The translations under genes and the position numbers were made by a program. A model generated the notes under the pieces. The model saw nothing but the letters and a program-made list of their open reading frames with translations, searched no databases and had not been told where the DNA came from. This document shows, piece after piece, positions 20,287-30,183 of a stretch of DNA of 64,000 nt. Origin of the DNA: Candidatus Tayloriibacteriota bacterium (GTDB lineage Bacteria > Patescibacteriota > Minisyncoccia > Phycocordibacterales > UBA6065); NCBI GenBank assembly GCA_016215405.1, contig JACRJQ010000007.1, positions 71,297 through 135,296 of the forward strand. The letters are read 5' to 3'. Each line of letters starts with the position of its first letter. The stretch's first letter is position 1.

Positions 20287-20733
20287 TTACGGGCAGGCGA
20301 CGGTCGACGAGGAGTACGTCGTAGCCGCGAGACCCTTCGAGTTTCCGGTCGAGTCGACGCACCATGCGACGCTCGTGCCTTCAGCGGTCTTGAGAGCGGA
20401 GAACGCTATCCAGCCAGCCGAGGTCGAGTTGCAGCCGTAGTTCGAAGCGCCGAGAGCCGTAGCCGAGTAGGTAACGCCAGCGGCGGAACCTGCTGCGAGA
20501 ACGCCCTTCCATACGTTAGGGTCTCCACAGACCGTTGCGTAGCTGTTAGGCGAAGCGTTGTCATAGACGAGCTCTGCCTGAGCGCGGATGTTGTTAAGGT
20601 TCGCCTTAACAGCGGCGTTAGCGCCCTTTGCGCGAGCCGTGTTAAGCGATGCGAGCACGACAGACGAGAGTATGCCGATGATCGCGATCACGACGAGGAG
20701 CTCGATGAGGGTGAAACCCTTGTTCTTGTTCAT
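20287..20733 (-). CDS. type IV major pilin candidate
   Basis: NKGFTLIELLVVIAIIGILSSVVL; Ala/Ser-rich 148 aa with a C-terminal Cys pair; long 5' UTR. Confidence 0.8.
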   Translation of the reverse strand: MNKNKGFTLIELLVVIAIIGILSSVVLASLNTARAKGANAAVKANLNNIRAQAELVYDNASPNSYATVCGDPNVWKGVLAAGSAAGVTYSATALGASNYGCNSTSAGWIAFSALKTAEGTSVAWCVDSTGNSKGLAATTYSSSTVACP

Positions 20734-20854
20734 ATCTGATCTAAAAACTGATAAATAACCTGCTAATACCGATTCCCGCTCCGCTCAAATGCTCGAACCT
20801 TCCGTATCAAGCGCTTGGGCGGGCCGGGAATACGTCCGAAATCCGATAGTTCGG

Positions 20855-20870
20855 CTACTACATTATACAA
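20855..20870 (-). promoter_or_regulatory. candidate extended -10 promoter for the pilin gene
   Basis: minus-strand TGTATAAT about 125 nt upstream of the pilin ATG. Confidence 0.3.
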
Positions 20871-21033
20871 AACCCTTATTTTTAAGCTTAATTCCTATGT
20901 GGATAAGTGGGCGCTCCGCAGGTTAGCCTGATTTTTCGCTGCGGAGTACAAGTATCCCTCGGAGGTAACTCCTCGGGCATGTCCTCGCTCAAAACCAGGC
21001 TAATCTGACTCCGCTTAGGTGGAATGGAGATAG

Positions 21034-21067
21034 AAAGCCCCGATTCGCATAGCGAATCGGGGCTTTC
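21034..21067 (-). terminator. intrinsic terminator after pilC
   Basis: aaagccccgattcgc-ata-gcgaatcggggcttt perfect hairpin, T-rich 3' on the minus strand. Confidence 0.5.
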
Positions 21068-21092
21068 TTGCCGTCTCTCCTCTCTCGCCTCG

Positions 21093-22301
21093 CTACGAGA
21101 TATTCGACGAGATGTTGTAGATCGGGATGAGCACGGACGCGAGGAGGAAGCCGACGCCGAGGCCGAGGAGCACGATCATGGCAGGCTCGATGAGGTCGAC
21201 CATGGTATCGACGGCGTTCACGACCTCTCGACTATAGAACGTCGAGAGCGTCTTTAGGATCTTTCCGAGCTCTCCGGACTCCTCTCCCACTTTGATCATC
21301 TGGATCATGATGCCCGGGATGATCTTCTTGTCCGAGAGGGCGTCGGAGACGGATTTTCCTCCCTTGACCGATTCGGTGGCGTCTTCGAGGACCTTCTTGT
21401 ACATCTCGTTGCCTACGACGCCGGCGGTGAGCTCGAGGGCGCGGACCATAGGGATGCCCGAGACGAGCATCGTGTTCATGTTATCCGAGATGCGCGACAG
21501 ATAGAGCTTCTGATAGAGGTTCTTCACGAACGGTATCTTCGTCTTCGCGTCATCGACCGAGAATTTTCCGGTAGGCGTCTTCGAGAACCTGTAGAAGAAG
21601 AATCCGCCGATGATGAGCGCCACGAGTATGAACGCGCCGTAGTCGACGAAGAACTGCGACATGCCGATGACGATCTTGGTATAGATAGGTATCTCCTGGC
21701 CCGATTCGGTGAGTATCGTCGATATCTTAGGGATGACGATTGTGAGCATGAGGGCCATGACGACTATGAACGTGAATACGACGAACGCGGGATAGATGAG
21801 GGCGTTTCGCGCCTTCGAGTTCACCTCGTAGGTCCTGTCGAGATACTCGGCGAGGAACACGAACACCTCGTCGAGCTTTCCGGATTCCTCGCCCGAACGG
21901 ACCATGTTCACGTAGAAATCGCTGAATATCCTCGGGTGCTTGCTCATCGCCTTGGATATAGAGCTTCCGGCCTGGAGATCGTCTGCGACTTCGGTAAGAG
22001 CCTTCGCCAAGGTGGGATTCTCCGCTTCGGAGGCGAGGAGGCGGAATATGCGGAGCGCCGAGACTTGCGCCTCGAAGAGGGTCGCGAGCTGGCGCGAGAG
22101 CACGACGACGGATTTCGTCGAGACCCGCGAGAAGAGCGCGAAGTCGCGCGAGAGGATCGACTGCTTGTCGGCAGGGTTTATGTCCCGGATGACGAGGCCT
22201 CGCCTCTGCAGCGAGGTTATGGCGACGTCGAGGGAGATCGCGTCGATTGACCCTCTCGTCTCACCTCCCTTGTCGTCTACGGCGTTGTAATTGAAAAGCA
22301 T
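21093..22301 (-). CDS. pilC: type IV pilus assembly platform protein PilC (GspF family)
   Basis: 402 aa; duplicated GspF domains, 3 TM. Confidence 0.9.
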   Translation of the reverse strand: MLFNYNAVDDKGGETRGSIDAISLDVAITSLQRRGLVIRDINPADKQSILSRDFALFSRVSTKSVVVLSRQLATLFEAQVSALRIFRLLASEAENPTLAKALTEVADDLQAGSSISKAMSKHPRIFSDFYVNMVRSGEESGKLDEVFVFLAEYLDRTYEVNSKARNALIYPAFVVFTFIVVMALMLTIVIPKISTILTESGQEIPIYTKIVIGMSQFFVDYGAFILVALIIGGFFFYRFSKTPTGKFSVDDAKTKIPFVKNLYQKLYLSRISDNMNTMLVSGIPMVRALELTAGVVGNEMYKKVLEDATESVKGGKSVSDALSDKKIIPGIMIQMIKVGEESGELGKILKTLSTFYSREVVNAVDTMVDLIEPAMIVLLGLGVGFLLASVLIPIYNISSNIS

Positions 22302-22307
22302 GTTCGT

Positions 22308-23375
22308 TTAGATGAGCCTCTCGAGGACCCTTGGGTTAGGCGAGTAGAGGTAGGCGTTCTCTGACGTTATCTCTCCCTTCCTCACGAGCTCGGCGAGCGA
22401 TCGGTTCATGTCGATCATGCCGTGCTCGAGGCCGGTCTCGATGACCGTGTTTATCTCGTGGACCCTCTTTTCGCGGATGAGGTTCGACACGGCGGCGTTC
22501 GCGATGAGGAGCTCGTAGGCCGGTACGAGGCCGCCGGAGATCCTCGGCACGAGGCGCTGGGAGAATATGCCGGTGAGGGTCGAGGCGAGCTGGATCCTGA
22601 TCTGGTCCTGCTGCTGGCCTGGGAATGAGTCGATGATTCGGTTTATGGTTTGAGAGGCGTTGTTGGTGTGGAGGGTCGAGAGGACGAGATGGCCCGTTTC
22701 CGCCGCGGTCACCGCGGTGCCCATGGTATCGATGCCTCTCATCTCGCCGATGAGGATCACGTCGACGTCCTGGCGAAAGGCGCTTCGAAGGGCTGTCGAG
22801 AAGTCGATTGTATCGACCCTCACCTCTCTCTGGTCGATCACGCACTTCTTCTGCTCGTAGATATATTCGATCGGGTCCTCGATGGTGACTATATGCTCCG
22901 CTCTCGTCTGGTTGATCCTCTCGACCATAGCCGCGAGAGTGGTCGTCTTTCCGTGTCCTACCGGGCCCACCACGAGGAAGAATCCCTGTTGCTTTTCGCA
23001 GAAGGTCTCAAGTATCGGCGGCAATCCGAGCTCCTCGAAGGTCCTTATCTTCTTCGGTATGAGGCGGAAGGCGAAAGAAACGGAGGACTGCTGGAAATAG
23101 CCGTTGCCTCGGAACCTCGCCTTCTCCTTGTAGTTATAGGAAAAATCTATCTCTTTGTTTCGCAAGAAGAGCTCTCGGTCTTCCGGCGAGAGGATGACCG
23201 ACATGAAACCGAGCGTGTCTTCCCTGCTTATGACCTTGCGGTTCATGAGGGGGATGAGGAATCCCGCCACGCGGATGGTCGGATATCGCCCCTCCGAGAG
23301 ATGAAGGTCGGAAGCCGACTCTTTCATCACGGTCTCTACGAGATCTTCGAACTCTTTTTTGTAGTCGGTAGCCAT
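22308..23375 (-). CDS. pilT: twitching motility ATPase PilT
   Basis: Walker A GPVGHGKTTT, Asp box, His box; 355 aa. Confidence 0.9.
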   Translation of the reverse strand: MATDYKKEFEDLVETVMKESASDLHLSEGRYPTIRVAGFLIPLMNRKVISREDTLGFMSVILSPEDRELFLRNKEIDFSYNYKEKARFRGNGYFQQSSVSFAFRLIPKKIRTFEELGLPPILETFCEKQQGFFLVVGPVGHGKTTTLAAMVERINQTRAEHIVTIEDPIEYIYEQKKCVIDQREVRVDTIDFSTALRSAFRQDVDVILIGEMRGIDTMGTAVTAAETGHLVLSTLHTNNASQTINRIIDSFPGQQQDQIRIQLASTLTGIFSQRLVPRISGGLVPAYELLIANAAVSNLIREKRVHEINTVIETGLEHGMIDMNRSLAELVRKGEITSENAYLYSPNPRVLERLI

Positions 23376-23404
23376 TTATTTTTAACGGGCTCTCGGCCCT
23401 TAGC

Positions 23405-23805
23405 TTATTTCTGGCCTTTCTTGGCCTCGTATATCTTCTCCACCTCGTGAAGCACCTCAGAAGGGATGGTGGCCGCCTTCACGATGTAGCCGTCGACGTT
23501 GAGCTCCTTCGCCCTCTCTATGTCCGAAGACTGGCTCTGGTTCGTGAGCATGACGACGATGGCGTTATCCGCGAGCTTTTCCTGCCTCATCGTCTTGAGG
23601 AGCTCGAGGCCGTCCATATAAGGCATGATGATGTCGAGAAGGACGATATCCGGCTTCGCTCCTCCGCGCAGCTTCTCGAGGGCGGGAAGCGAGCCGACGG
23701 TCGTCTCGACGTCGTAGCCTGAGTTCGCGAACTTCAAGGAATACATGCCGAGGAGGAATTTATCGTCGTCTACTATGAATACCTTTATGTTTTTCTTCTC
23801 CATGG
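23405..23805 (-). CDS. single-domain response regulator (CheY-like receiver)
   Basis: KVFIVDDD...DIVLLDIIMPYMDG...K receiver motifs; start reassigned to MEKKN to avoid overlap with pilB. Confidence 0.8.
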
Positions 23806-23838
23806 GATTTGTGGTTTTTAGTATATCACAGGCGGACT

Positions 23839-25548
23839 CTAGAGCTTGTTCACCTCGCTCCAAGGGACCTGTCCCTGGAAAGCCTTGAGCATAGCGTCCT
23901 CTTTCATGGTTATCATCCCCTTCGTTCGAGCGATCTTGTACATCTCTTCTTCGGTGGCGCCCTTAAGTATCGCCCTTTCGAACTCGCGGTCCATCTCGAT
24001 AACCTCGGATACCGCCATTCGGCCGCGTACGCCGTTAGGGCACGTGGCGGAGGCCTGCGCCTCGAAGACCGATTTCGGTATCGCGATCTCCTTTCTGAAC
24101 TCCGCCGGGAGGTCGGAGAACTGTTTTTCGAGCATCATCTCTATAGAACCCTCGACAGGGACCTCCTTTCCGCCATCGCAGATGCGCGAGACGAGGCGCT
24201 GGGCCATTGTAAGGACGAGGGTCGGCGCGATGAGATACGGATCGACTCCCATGTCTATGAGTCGGGGCACCACGCCCATTGAGGTGTTGGTGTGGATGGT
24301 CGAGAGCACCAAGTGTCCGGTGAGCGCGGCCTGGATCGCGAGCTGGGCGGTCTCCTTGTCTCGGATCTCTCCCACCATGATGATGTCCGGGTCCTGACGG
24401 AGGGTCGTCCTGAGGCCAGACGCGAACGTATAGCCGATCTCGGGGCGCACCTGAGACTGGTTCACGCCCTCCATGTTGTATTCGACCGGGTCTTCGAGGG
24501 AGAGCACGTTCTTGGACTCGTCGTTTATCTCCTTGAGCATCGCGTAGAGGGTCGTCGACTTACCGGATCCGGTAGGGCCGGAGATCAGGATGAGGCCGTA
24601 TGGGCGGACCATCGCCTTACGAAGCAATTCGAGGTTTCGCGGAGAGAACCCGATATCGTCGAGCGATCGCACTCCTTTTTCCTGGTCGAGGATACGCATC
24701 TCGATCTTCTCGCCATAGTAGGCCGGGAACGTGGACACGCGGAAATCGACCTTCCTCCCCTCTATCCTCGCGGAGAATCGGCCGTCCTGAGGCTTCCTCT
24801 TCTCGTCGAGCTTCATGTTCGAGAGGATCTTGATGCGCGCGACGACCGCGTCATGGACCTTTACTGGCAGGACAAGGGACGTATGCAGGTCGCCGTCGAC
24901 GCGGAAGCGCACGCGGACCTTGTCGGAGAGCCTCTCCACGTGGATATCCGATGCGGAGCCCTCCACGGCGTAGCGCAAAATGGTCGCCACTATCTTCGTG
25001 ACAGGCGCGTCCTCTATGATGCGCGTCTCGCTTCCGGGCGTAGGGGCTGTCGCGACCTTCTCCTCGGCGTCTACGTCCGCGATATCCGTCTCGAGCTCGG
25101 AAAGGGCTTTGGTCACCTCTCCGGAAAGGCCCTTATAGAGGTCTATGGCCGCCTTGAAGTCCTCTTCCGATATGAGGAAGACCTTGAACGGCATGTTGAT
25201 CTTCGACGCGATGAAGTTAAGGGCGTCGCGGGCGTCTATGTCGTCAGGGTCGACGACTCCGACTTCGAGGACATTCTGCTTTACGGCCATCGGCACGAAC
25301 TGATAGTGGAGAGCCGACTCCTCGGGGATGTACTTGAGTATATCGAAAGGTATCGTCTGGTCTTTGAGCGACCGGACAGGGACGCCGAGGGCCTCCCCTT
25401 TCGCCGCGAGGATATCGGCGTCCTTCCAACCGTGCTTTTTCAGCACGAGCTCGATAGGCTCGCCGGTGAGGCGCGACTCCTCCGAGAACGCCGCTGCGTC
25501 CTTCTTGTCTATCGCTTTCTTTTGTAGAAGGGTTTCGAGTACGCTCAT
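23839..25548 (-). CDS. pilB: type IV pilus assembly ATPase PilB (GspE family)
   Basis: 569 aa; Walker A GPTGSGKSTT, tetracysteine motif, N-terminal GSPII domain. Confidence 0.9.
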   Translation of the reverse strand: MSVLETLLQKKAIDKKDAAAFSEESRLTGEPIELVLKKHGWKDADILAAKGEALGVPVRSLKDQTIPFDILKYIPEESALHYQFVPMAVKQNVLEVGVVDPDDIDARDALNFIASKINMPFKVFLISEEDFKAAIDLYKGLSGEVTKALSELETDIADVDAEEKVATAPTPGSETRIIEDAPVTKIVATILRYAVEGSASDIHVERLSDKVRVRFRVDGDLHTSLVLPVKVHDAVVARIKILSNMKLDEKRKPQDGRFSARIEGRKVDFRVSTFPAYYGEKIEMRILDQEKGVRSLDDIGFSPRNLELLRKAMVRPYGLILISGPTGSGKSTTLYAMLKEINDESKNVLSLEDPVEYNMEGVNQSQVRPEIGYTFASGLRTTLRQDPDIIMVGEIRDKETAQLAIQAALTGHLVLSTIHTNTSMGVVPRLIDMGVDPYLIAPTLVLTMAQRLVSRICDGGKEVPVEGSIEMMLEKQFSDLPAEFRKEIAIPKSVFEAQASATCPNGVRGRMAVSEVIEMDREFERAILKGATEEEMYKIARTKGMITMKEDAMLKAFQGQVPWSEVNKL

Positions 25549-25560
25549 TTGTAGCGGCGC

Positions 25561-25896
25561 CTAGAACGCAGAGCTCGTCGTGGTCGATCCTGCGAAGGGC
25601 GCGAACGGATTAGGCCTGCCGGGAGTCTCTGGGGCGAGGGTCTTGCTGAAGTCGGTGAGGCTCGACCAGATAGGGTCTCGGAACAGGGAGTCGTCGAGCT
25701 TGAGGCGCTTCAATTCGAAGAGCGCGGAAAGGAGGTCCCCCTCGACCGCCTGCTCCTGGCCAGAAGCCGACGACGTGAGAAGCCCTGTGTCGGGGATCCT
25801 GTCGCGCTTTATATAGGCATAGCCGGCGAAGAGCACGAGCCCTATGGCGATGAGCGCTATGATGAGATTCCTCGCGGTGTGTGATCTCTGTTGCAT
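25561..25896 (-). CDS. hypothetical pilus-assembly protein in the PilP position
   Basis: 111 aa; N-terminal TM anchor; located between pilO and pilB. Confidence 0.4.
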   Translation of the reverse strand: MQQRSHTARNLIIALIAIGLVLFAGYAYIKRDRIPDTGLLTSSASGQEQAVEGDLLSALFELKRLKLDDSLFRDPIWSSLTDFSKTLAPETPGRPNPFAPFAGSTTTSSAF

Positions 25897-25897
25897 A

Positions 25898-26467
25898 TTA
25901 TTTGAGCCAATAGGTCTTTACGGACACGTTGTAGTCGTAGAGGTCGCTCTGATTCGACGACGCGAACTGTATGCCTGTGACGTCGATGATGCGCAGGCTC
26001 TGCTCAAGGTCGCGGAGGAACGCGAGGAAGGTGTTATAAGGAGCCGTCGTCGAGAACGAGAGCGTGAGGGTGCCGTAGGCGGTCGAATCTCGGCCGATGG
26101 TATCGCCGTCTCCCCCAGGCTCGGCCCGGAAGTTCCTGATCCTCATGCCGTAGCTTTTAGCCATCTCGTCGACGTCGATCACGAGGCGGACGTTGTCGAT
26201 GTTGTTCGGGAGGAGCTTCTCGAGCTTCTCGAGGTTCGACCTCGGCATCTCGTTGAACTTCTTGAGGAGCCTCTCCTTCTCCTCTTGGTACTCACGCGAG
26301 TTGGTGAGCGCCCGGTCGTAGTCGGCCTTCTTCGAGAGGAGCTCCTTTATCGAGAGCTCTTTCTCGGTCGCGTCGGGAGCGGAGACGGAGGAATAGGTCG
26401 GATCGATGTATCCGAAGAAGAGCCCGAAGGAAGCTATTACGAGGATTATGGATACGATGTTGCTCAT
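25898..26467 (-). CDS. pilO: PilO-like pilus assembly protein
   Basis: 189 aa; N-terminal TM, coiled coil; in pilMNO order. Confidence 0.55.
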   Translation of the reverse strand: MSNIVSIILVIASFGLFFGYIDPTYSSVSAPDATEKELSIKELLSKKADYDRALTNSREYQEEKERLLKKFNEMPRSNLEKLEKLLPNNIDNVRLVIDVDEMAKSYGMRIRNFRAEPGGDGDTIGRDSTAYGTLTLSFSTTAPYNTFLAFLRDLEQSLRIIDVTGIQFASSNQSDLYDYNVSVKTYWLK

Positions 26468-27144
26468 TGTCGTTGTGTCGTAGAGGTCGCGAACGGATTA
26501 GGATTCCCTTGGGCCGCCGGAGTGCTCGACGCCTGCTGCGCTGCTGGAGCGACGCTCTTCGAGAGACCGCCCGAATAGAGGAGGAGCGTAGGGTCTATCG
26601 TCGTCGAGACGCTAAACGAGACCGTGCCCGCGGACTCGAGCGTCATGTCGCCTATGATCGTGTTCTTGAGATACTTCTGGCTGTTGAGGATGTCGGACTG
26701 GAGCGCGACCGAGGCATAGCCCTGGGCCTGTCCCTTCATCTCCACCTGTATCTGGTCAGGCGCGAGGTAGGCGAAGCTGAAGTCGCGGAAACGCACGCTT
26801 CGAAGAGTGATCTTCGAGAGGAAGTCGAAGAGAGGCGTCGCCGAGACGTGGGTGGAGAACAGCTTCTTCGACGTCTCGATCCTACTGTCGAGGCGAGTCA
26901 CCTGCTGGATGAAAGCGGGATCAAACGCCTCTTTCGCGAGGTCGAAGGACGCCTTCCTCTCCTCTATCTGCTTTACGAGGAGGCTCTTATAGAAGAAGGC
27001 TCCTCCGGAGAGGGCGAGCGCGAGGATAAAAAGGATGGTCGCGATGAGCGCGAAGAGATTGATAGCCGCCGGAGCGGAAGACATGCCCGGCTGGGCGACC
27101 ATCGGCTTCTTCGGTATGAACGATGATTGGAATCGAGGATCCAT
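26464..27144 (-). CDS. pilN: PilN-like pilus assembly protein
   Basis: 226 aa; single TM after a short cytoplasmic N-terminus; follows pilM. Confidence 0.55.
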   Translation of the reverse strand: MDPRFQSSFIPKKPMVAQPGMSSAPAAINLFALIATILFILALALSGGAFFYKSLLVKQIEERKASFDLAKEAFDPAFIQQVTRLDSRIETSKKLFSTHVSATPLFDFLSKITLRSVRFRDFSFAYLAPDQIQVEMKGQAQGYASVALQSDILNSQKYLKNTIIGDMTLESAGTVSFSVSTTIDPTLLLYSGGLSKSVAPAAQQASSTPAAQGNPNPFATSTTQRQ

Positions 27145-27198
27145 AGTGCGATAGTACCCGATTATTATACTACCCCGACCTTCTAACTGCTATCCACA

Positions 27199-28320
27199 CT
27201 ACTCGGATTCTTGGAGCTTTCGAAGGGCGATGCCTATGGCGACGGCGAATTCCGGCCCAGCGACGCGCAAGACCGGTTCGAGGAATGCCGGGGCCTCGGT
27301 CTTCGAGAACGGATCGCCGAGGACGACCTCCGTCTGGAAGCGCGTCCGGGCGAGGTCGAGGAAGCCCTTAAGGAGGGATCCTCCGCCGGTAAGGACGACT
27401 TTGGATACGCTCCTGCCGTACTTCTTCTCGAACGCCCCTATGACGCGATTCGTCTCCGCGAACACGTAGTCGAGGTTAAGCGTGACGATCTCCTTGATGT
27501 TCTTGTGCTCCGGCTCGCTCGAAAGCCCGATGGTCCTCTTTATATGCTCCGCCTCCCCCACCGCGAGCCCCAAAGACCGCGAGAGCGCGAGGGTTATCTC
27601 TTGCGAGCCGCGATTGACCGTATGCGAGGCGCGCAGGATACCTCTCTCGATAACGTAGAGCTTCGTCGAGCCGGCACCCATGTCGAAGACCATGACGGAC
27701 TCCAGGTTCTGGTCTATGACCGACCGCATCGAGCTGAATATCTCGATCTCGTAGAAAGACGACTGCAGCCCCGTGCCCTGAGAGATCTGATTGAGCCTGT
27801 TGAGGACGTCGTTGTGGATGACGACGAGAAGTATCTCTATGCCCTTCTCCTTCGGAGCCTCTCCTGCGACGGGCGCCTTCTCGAACTCGGAAAAGGAGTT
27901 CTCCTGCTTCGGGATGACCCACCAGTCGAGAGCGACCTCGGTGATAGGGACCGGGATATATTTGCGAGCCTCGATTGGGATCATCGTCGCGAGCTGCTTC
28001 TGGTCCATCTCCGGCATGCGGATGAAGGAGAGGAGCGAGGACGAGGACGCGATCGATATGCCCGCCGCGCGGGTCGTCACGTTGGACTCCTTGAGGAGGT
28101 CCCGCAGAGCGTCCGTTATCTTCTCGTTCGGCAGGTTCGTGGCGCGGCCGATCTCGATGCCGGCATAAGGTCCCAAGGCAAGCTCGCCGTACGTCTCGAG
28201 CACCGCTTTGCCTCCCTTCTTGCGCAGTTGGACCACCTTTATAGACGACGAGCCGATGTCTATCCCGAGCACGCTCTGGCTTTGAGGCTTGAGGATGTTT
28301 TGAAAAAAGGAAAAAGCCAT
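27199..28320 (-). CDS. pilM: type IV pilus assembly protein PilM (actin-like ATPase)
   Basis: 373 aa; LGIDIGSSSIKVV phosphate-1 motif. Confidence 0.85.
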   Translation of the reverse strand: MAFSFFQNILKPQSQSVLGIDIGSSSIKVVQLRKKGGKAVLETYGELALGPYAGIEIGRATNLPNEKITDALRDLLKESNVTTRAAGISIASSSSLLSFIRMPEMDQKQLATMIPIEARKYIPVPITEVALDWWVIPKQENSFSEFEKAPVAGEAPKEKGIEILLVVIHNDVLNRLNQISQGTGLQSSFYEIEIFSSMRSVIDQNLESVMVFDMGAGSTKLYVIERGILRASHTVNRGSQEITLALSRSLGLAVGEAEHIKRTIGLSSEPEHKNIKEIVTLNLDYVFAETNRVIGAFEKKYGRSVSKVVLTGGGSLLKGFLDLARTRFQTEVVLGDPFSKTEAPAFLEPVLRVAGPEFAVAIGIALRKLQESE

Positions 28321-28383
28321 ACGGGATTCAGTATATCACGGCGATATAGCCTTTATATTCCCTTTAACCCCCTCGCGTAGCAT

Positions 28384-29076
28384 ATGCCCATGACGAAAAG
28401 TAAAGGCAAAGCCTTCTCGATGGCGATCTCCGCGATATTCGAATATGCCCTCGATACCATCGCCCCGCCGGACCCGCTCGTCCGAAAGATAGAGCGCATG
28501 GGAAGCGCCGAGTTCGCGAGGCTTACAGAGCCCTCCAGCTCAAAAGACCGGATCGCCAGCGTGACAGCCCTCTTCTCCTATAAAGACAGGCTCGCCAGGG
28601 CCGCCATACTCGAAGTCAAATCGTACGGCAACAAGAAGGTCGCCCACATCCTCGGAGAGGCCGCCTACGAATATCTTCTCGCCGAGCTCTCCGACCTCGA
28701 GCTTTTCGAGAATTTCGACCGACCCATCCTCACGGCCATCCCTATGACGAGAAGGTCCCTGCGAAAGCGCGGTTGGAACCAGTGCGACCTCATAGCCCGA
28801 GGCATAGCCCTCGTCGACGAAGCGAGGGTTATCGACGTGAGGACGGACCTCCTCGAGAAGGTCAAAGAGACGAAAGACCAGGTCGGCAGGACGCGCAAAG
28901 AGAGGCTCGAGAACCTCAAAGGCGCGTTCGCGGCGAAGCGACCAGAAGAGATACGAGGCCGCAACGTGATCGTCCTCGACGATATAGCGACGACGGGAGC
29001 GACCCTCGGAGAAGCGAAGCGCGCGCTTCTGCGCGCGGGAGCTAAAAAGGTCTGGTGCGTGGCCCTGGCGCATTAA
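28384..29076 (+). CDS. comF: ComF family protein (phosphoribosyltransferase domain)
   Basis: VIVLDDIATTGATL PRTase motif; RGWNQ; divergent from the pilus operon. Confidence 0.7.
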   Translation: MPMTKSKGKAFSMAISAIFEYALDTIAPPDPLVRKIERMGSAEFARLTEPSSSKDRIASVTALFSYKDRLARAAILEVKSYGNKKVAHILGEAAYEYLLAELSDLELFENFDRPILTAIPMTRRSLRKRGWNQCDLIARGIALVDEARVIDVRTDLLEKVKETKDQVGRTRKERLENLKGAFAAKRPEEIRGRNVIVLDDIATTGATLGEAKRALLRAGAKKVWCVALAH

Positions 29077-29094
29077 AAGGGTCGCGCCGCCTAC

Positions 29095-29124
29095 TTGACT
29101 TTTATGTATTAATCATGGTATAAT
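29095..29124 (+). promoter_or_regulatory. near-consensus sigma-70 promoter with extended -10
   Basis: TTGACT, 18 nt, tgg-TATAAT, about 80 nt upstream of the 29206 ORF. Confidence 0.55.
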
Positions 29125-29205
29125 TAACAGGAAAGCAGTCGGGAACGTCCCTAGTACCCTCTGCGAATTCGGCCACAACGGTCGAATAGTCAGTTCGTTA
29201 ACGTC

Positions 29206-29679
29206 ATGAAAAATCCGTCCGTAATCCTCGCCACGACCTCCCTCCTCACGCCCGAGCGGTTCTCGCAGATCGCCCTCTGGCACGCCATCCGGCTCGTCCG
29301 GCGGCACGAAGGAGAGTTCACCAAGCAAAGGCTCGCGAAGTCGGCCGATAAGATCGCCCGGCTCAAGCAAGCCTTCGACTTGGGGGTCACCGAAGGAGAC
29401 CTGGTCTCGTTCGCCCTCGGAGTGATCGAATCGAACCTGGACGAGGCGGTCCCGAGCAGAAAGAAGCTCGGCGACATCGCCCTCATCCTGTCGGTCCAAT
29501 CATTCCGCGAGAACGGCCACGTCAAAAAAGTCACGCGCCGCGATATCGGGGCCTCGCTCTGCGAGCTTCAGGACCTGGTGCCGCAATCGAAAAGCGTGAC
29601 GCTCGACGAAGCCTGCAAGTTCGCAGCGCTCGTCGTCTACAAGGCGGTCCTCGTGACCACCTTGGAACGGAGCTCCTAG
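29206..29679 (+). CDS. hypothetical protein
   Basis: 157 aa, no family recognised; driven by the consensus promoter above. Confidence 0.45.
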   Translation: MKNPSVILATTSLLTPERFSQIALWHAIRLVRRHEGEFTKQRLAKSADKIARLKQAFDLGVTEGDLVSFALGVIESNLDEAVPSRKKLGDIALILSVQSFRENGHVKKVTRRDIGASLCELQDLVPQSKSVTLDEACKFAALVVYKAVLVTTLERSS

Positions 29680-29796
29680 CTCCACATCCGAAACGGGTTG
29701 CCCTTCGCAGAGATGCGAAGAAGCCTAAAGGGGTAATTGATCCTCCCGACCACAAGTCGGCCTGGAGCAGAACAAGAACCCTCCCTCTTTCGGGTT

Positions 29797-29829
29797 CCGG
29801 CCGCCATTCTCACGAATGGCGGCCGGTTT
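29797..29829. terminator. bidirectional intrinsic terminator
   Basis: ccggccgccattc-tcac-gaatggcggccgg followed by tttt. Confidence 0.5.
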
Positions 29830-29832
29830 TCG

Positions 29833-30183
29833 TTATCGAGAGAGCATCGAGAAGATAAGGCCCACCGAAACGGACGCCGCGTTCGCGACGAACGATACGA
29901 AAAGCGCATCTTTGATCTTGAGGCCGAGGAGTTGTTTATAGACCAGGGCCTCGATAGCGACTATCACCGCTTCGCCCAGGGTCGAATACCACGCGAAACC
30001 GAAGAATTCCGGCAGCACGAACCACAGGTACGGAAGCGTGAGAGACGAAGCGAGGATAGCGGCGAGGAGAGACGCGCCGCGCGCGCCCTTTTCATAGACG
30101 AAAGCGCAGAGAGCCCAGACGATCGGGGCTTCGACCGCGAGCGTGAGGAGGAGCGCCCCGAGAAAGAGCGTCTCGTATCCCAT
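29833..30183 (-). CDS. hypothetical membrane protein
   Basis: 116 aa, 3-4 TM helices. Confidence 0.45.
   Translation of the reverse strand: MGYETLFLGALLLTLAVEAPIVWALCAFVYEKGARGASLLAAILASSLTLPYLWFVLPEFFGFAWYSTLGEAVIVAIEALVYKQLLGLKIKDALFVSFVANAASVSVGLIFSMLSR

Noticed and set aside
20734-21092. sigma-54 promoter for the pilin gene
   Set aside because: I could not find a convincing GG-N10-GC element; only an extended -10 candidate is reported, at low confidence.
24292-25527. 411-aa plus-strand ORF and the 23846-24397 ORF
   Set aside because: Antisense to pilB.
27211-28380. 389-aa plus-strand ORF
   Set aside because: Antisense to pilM.
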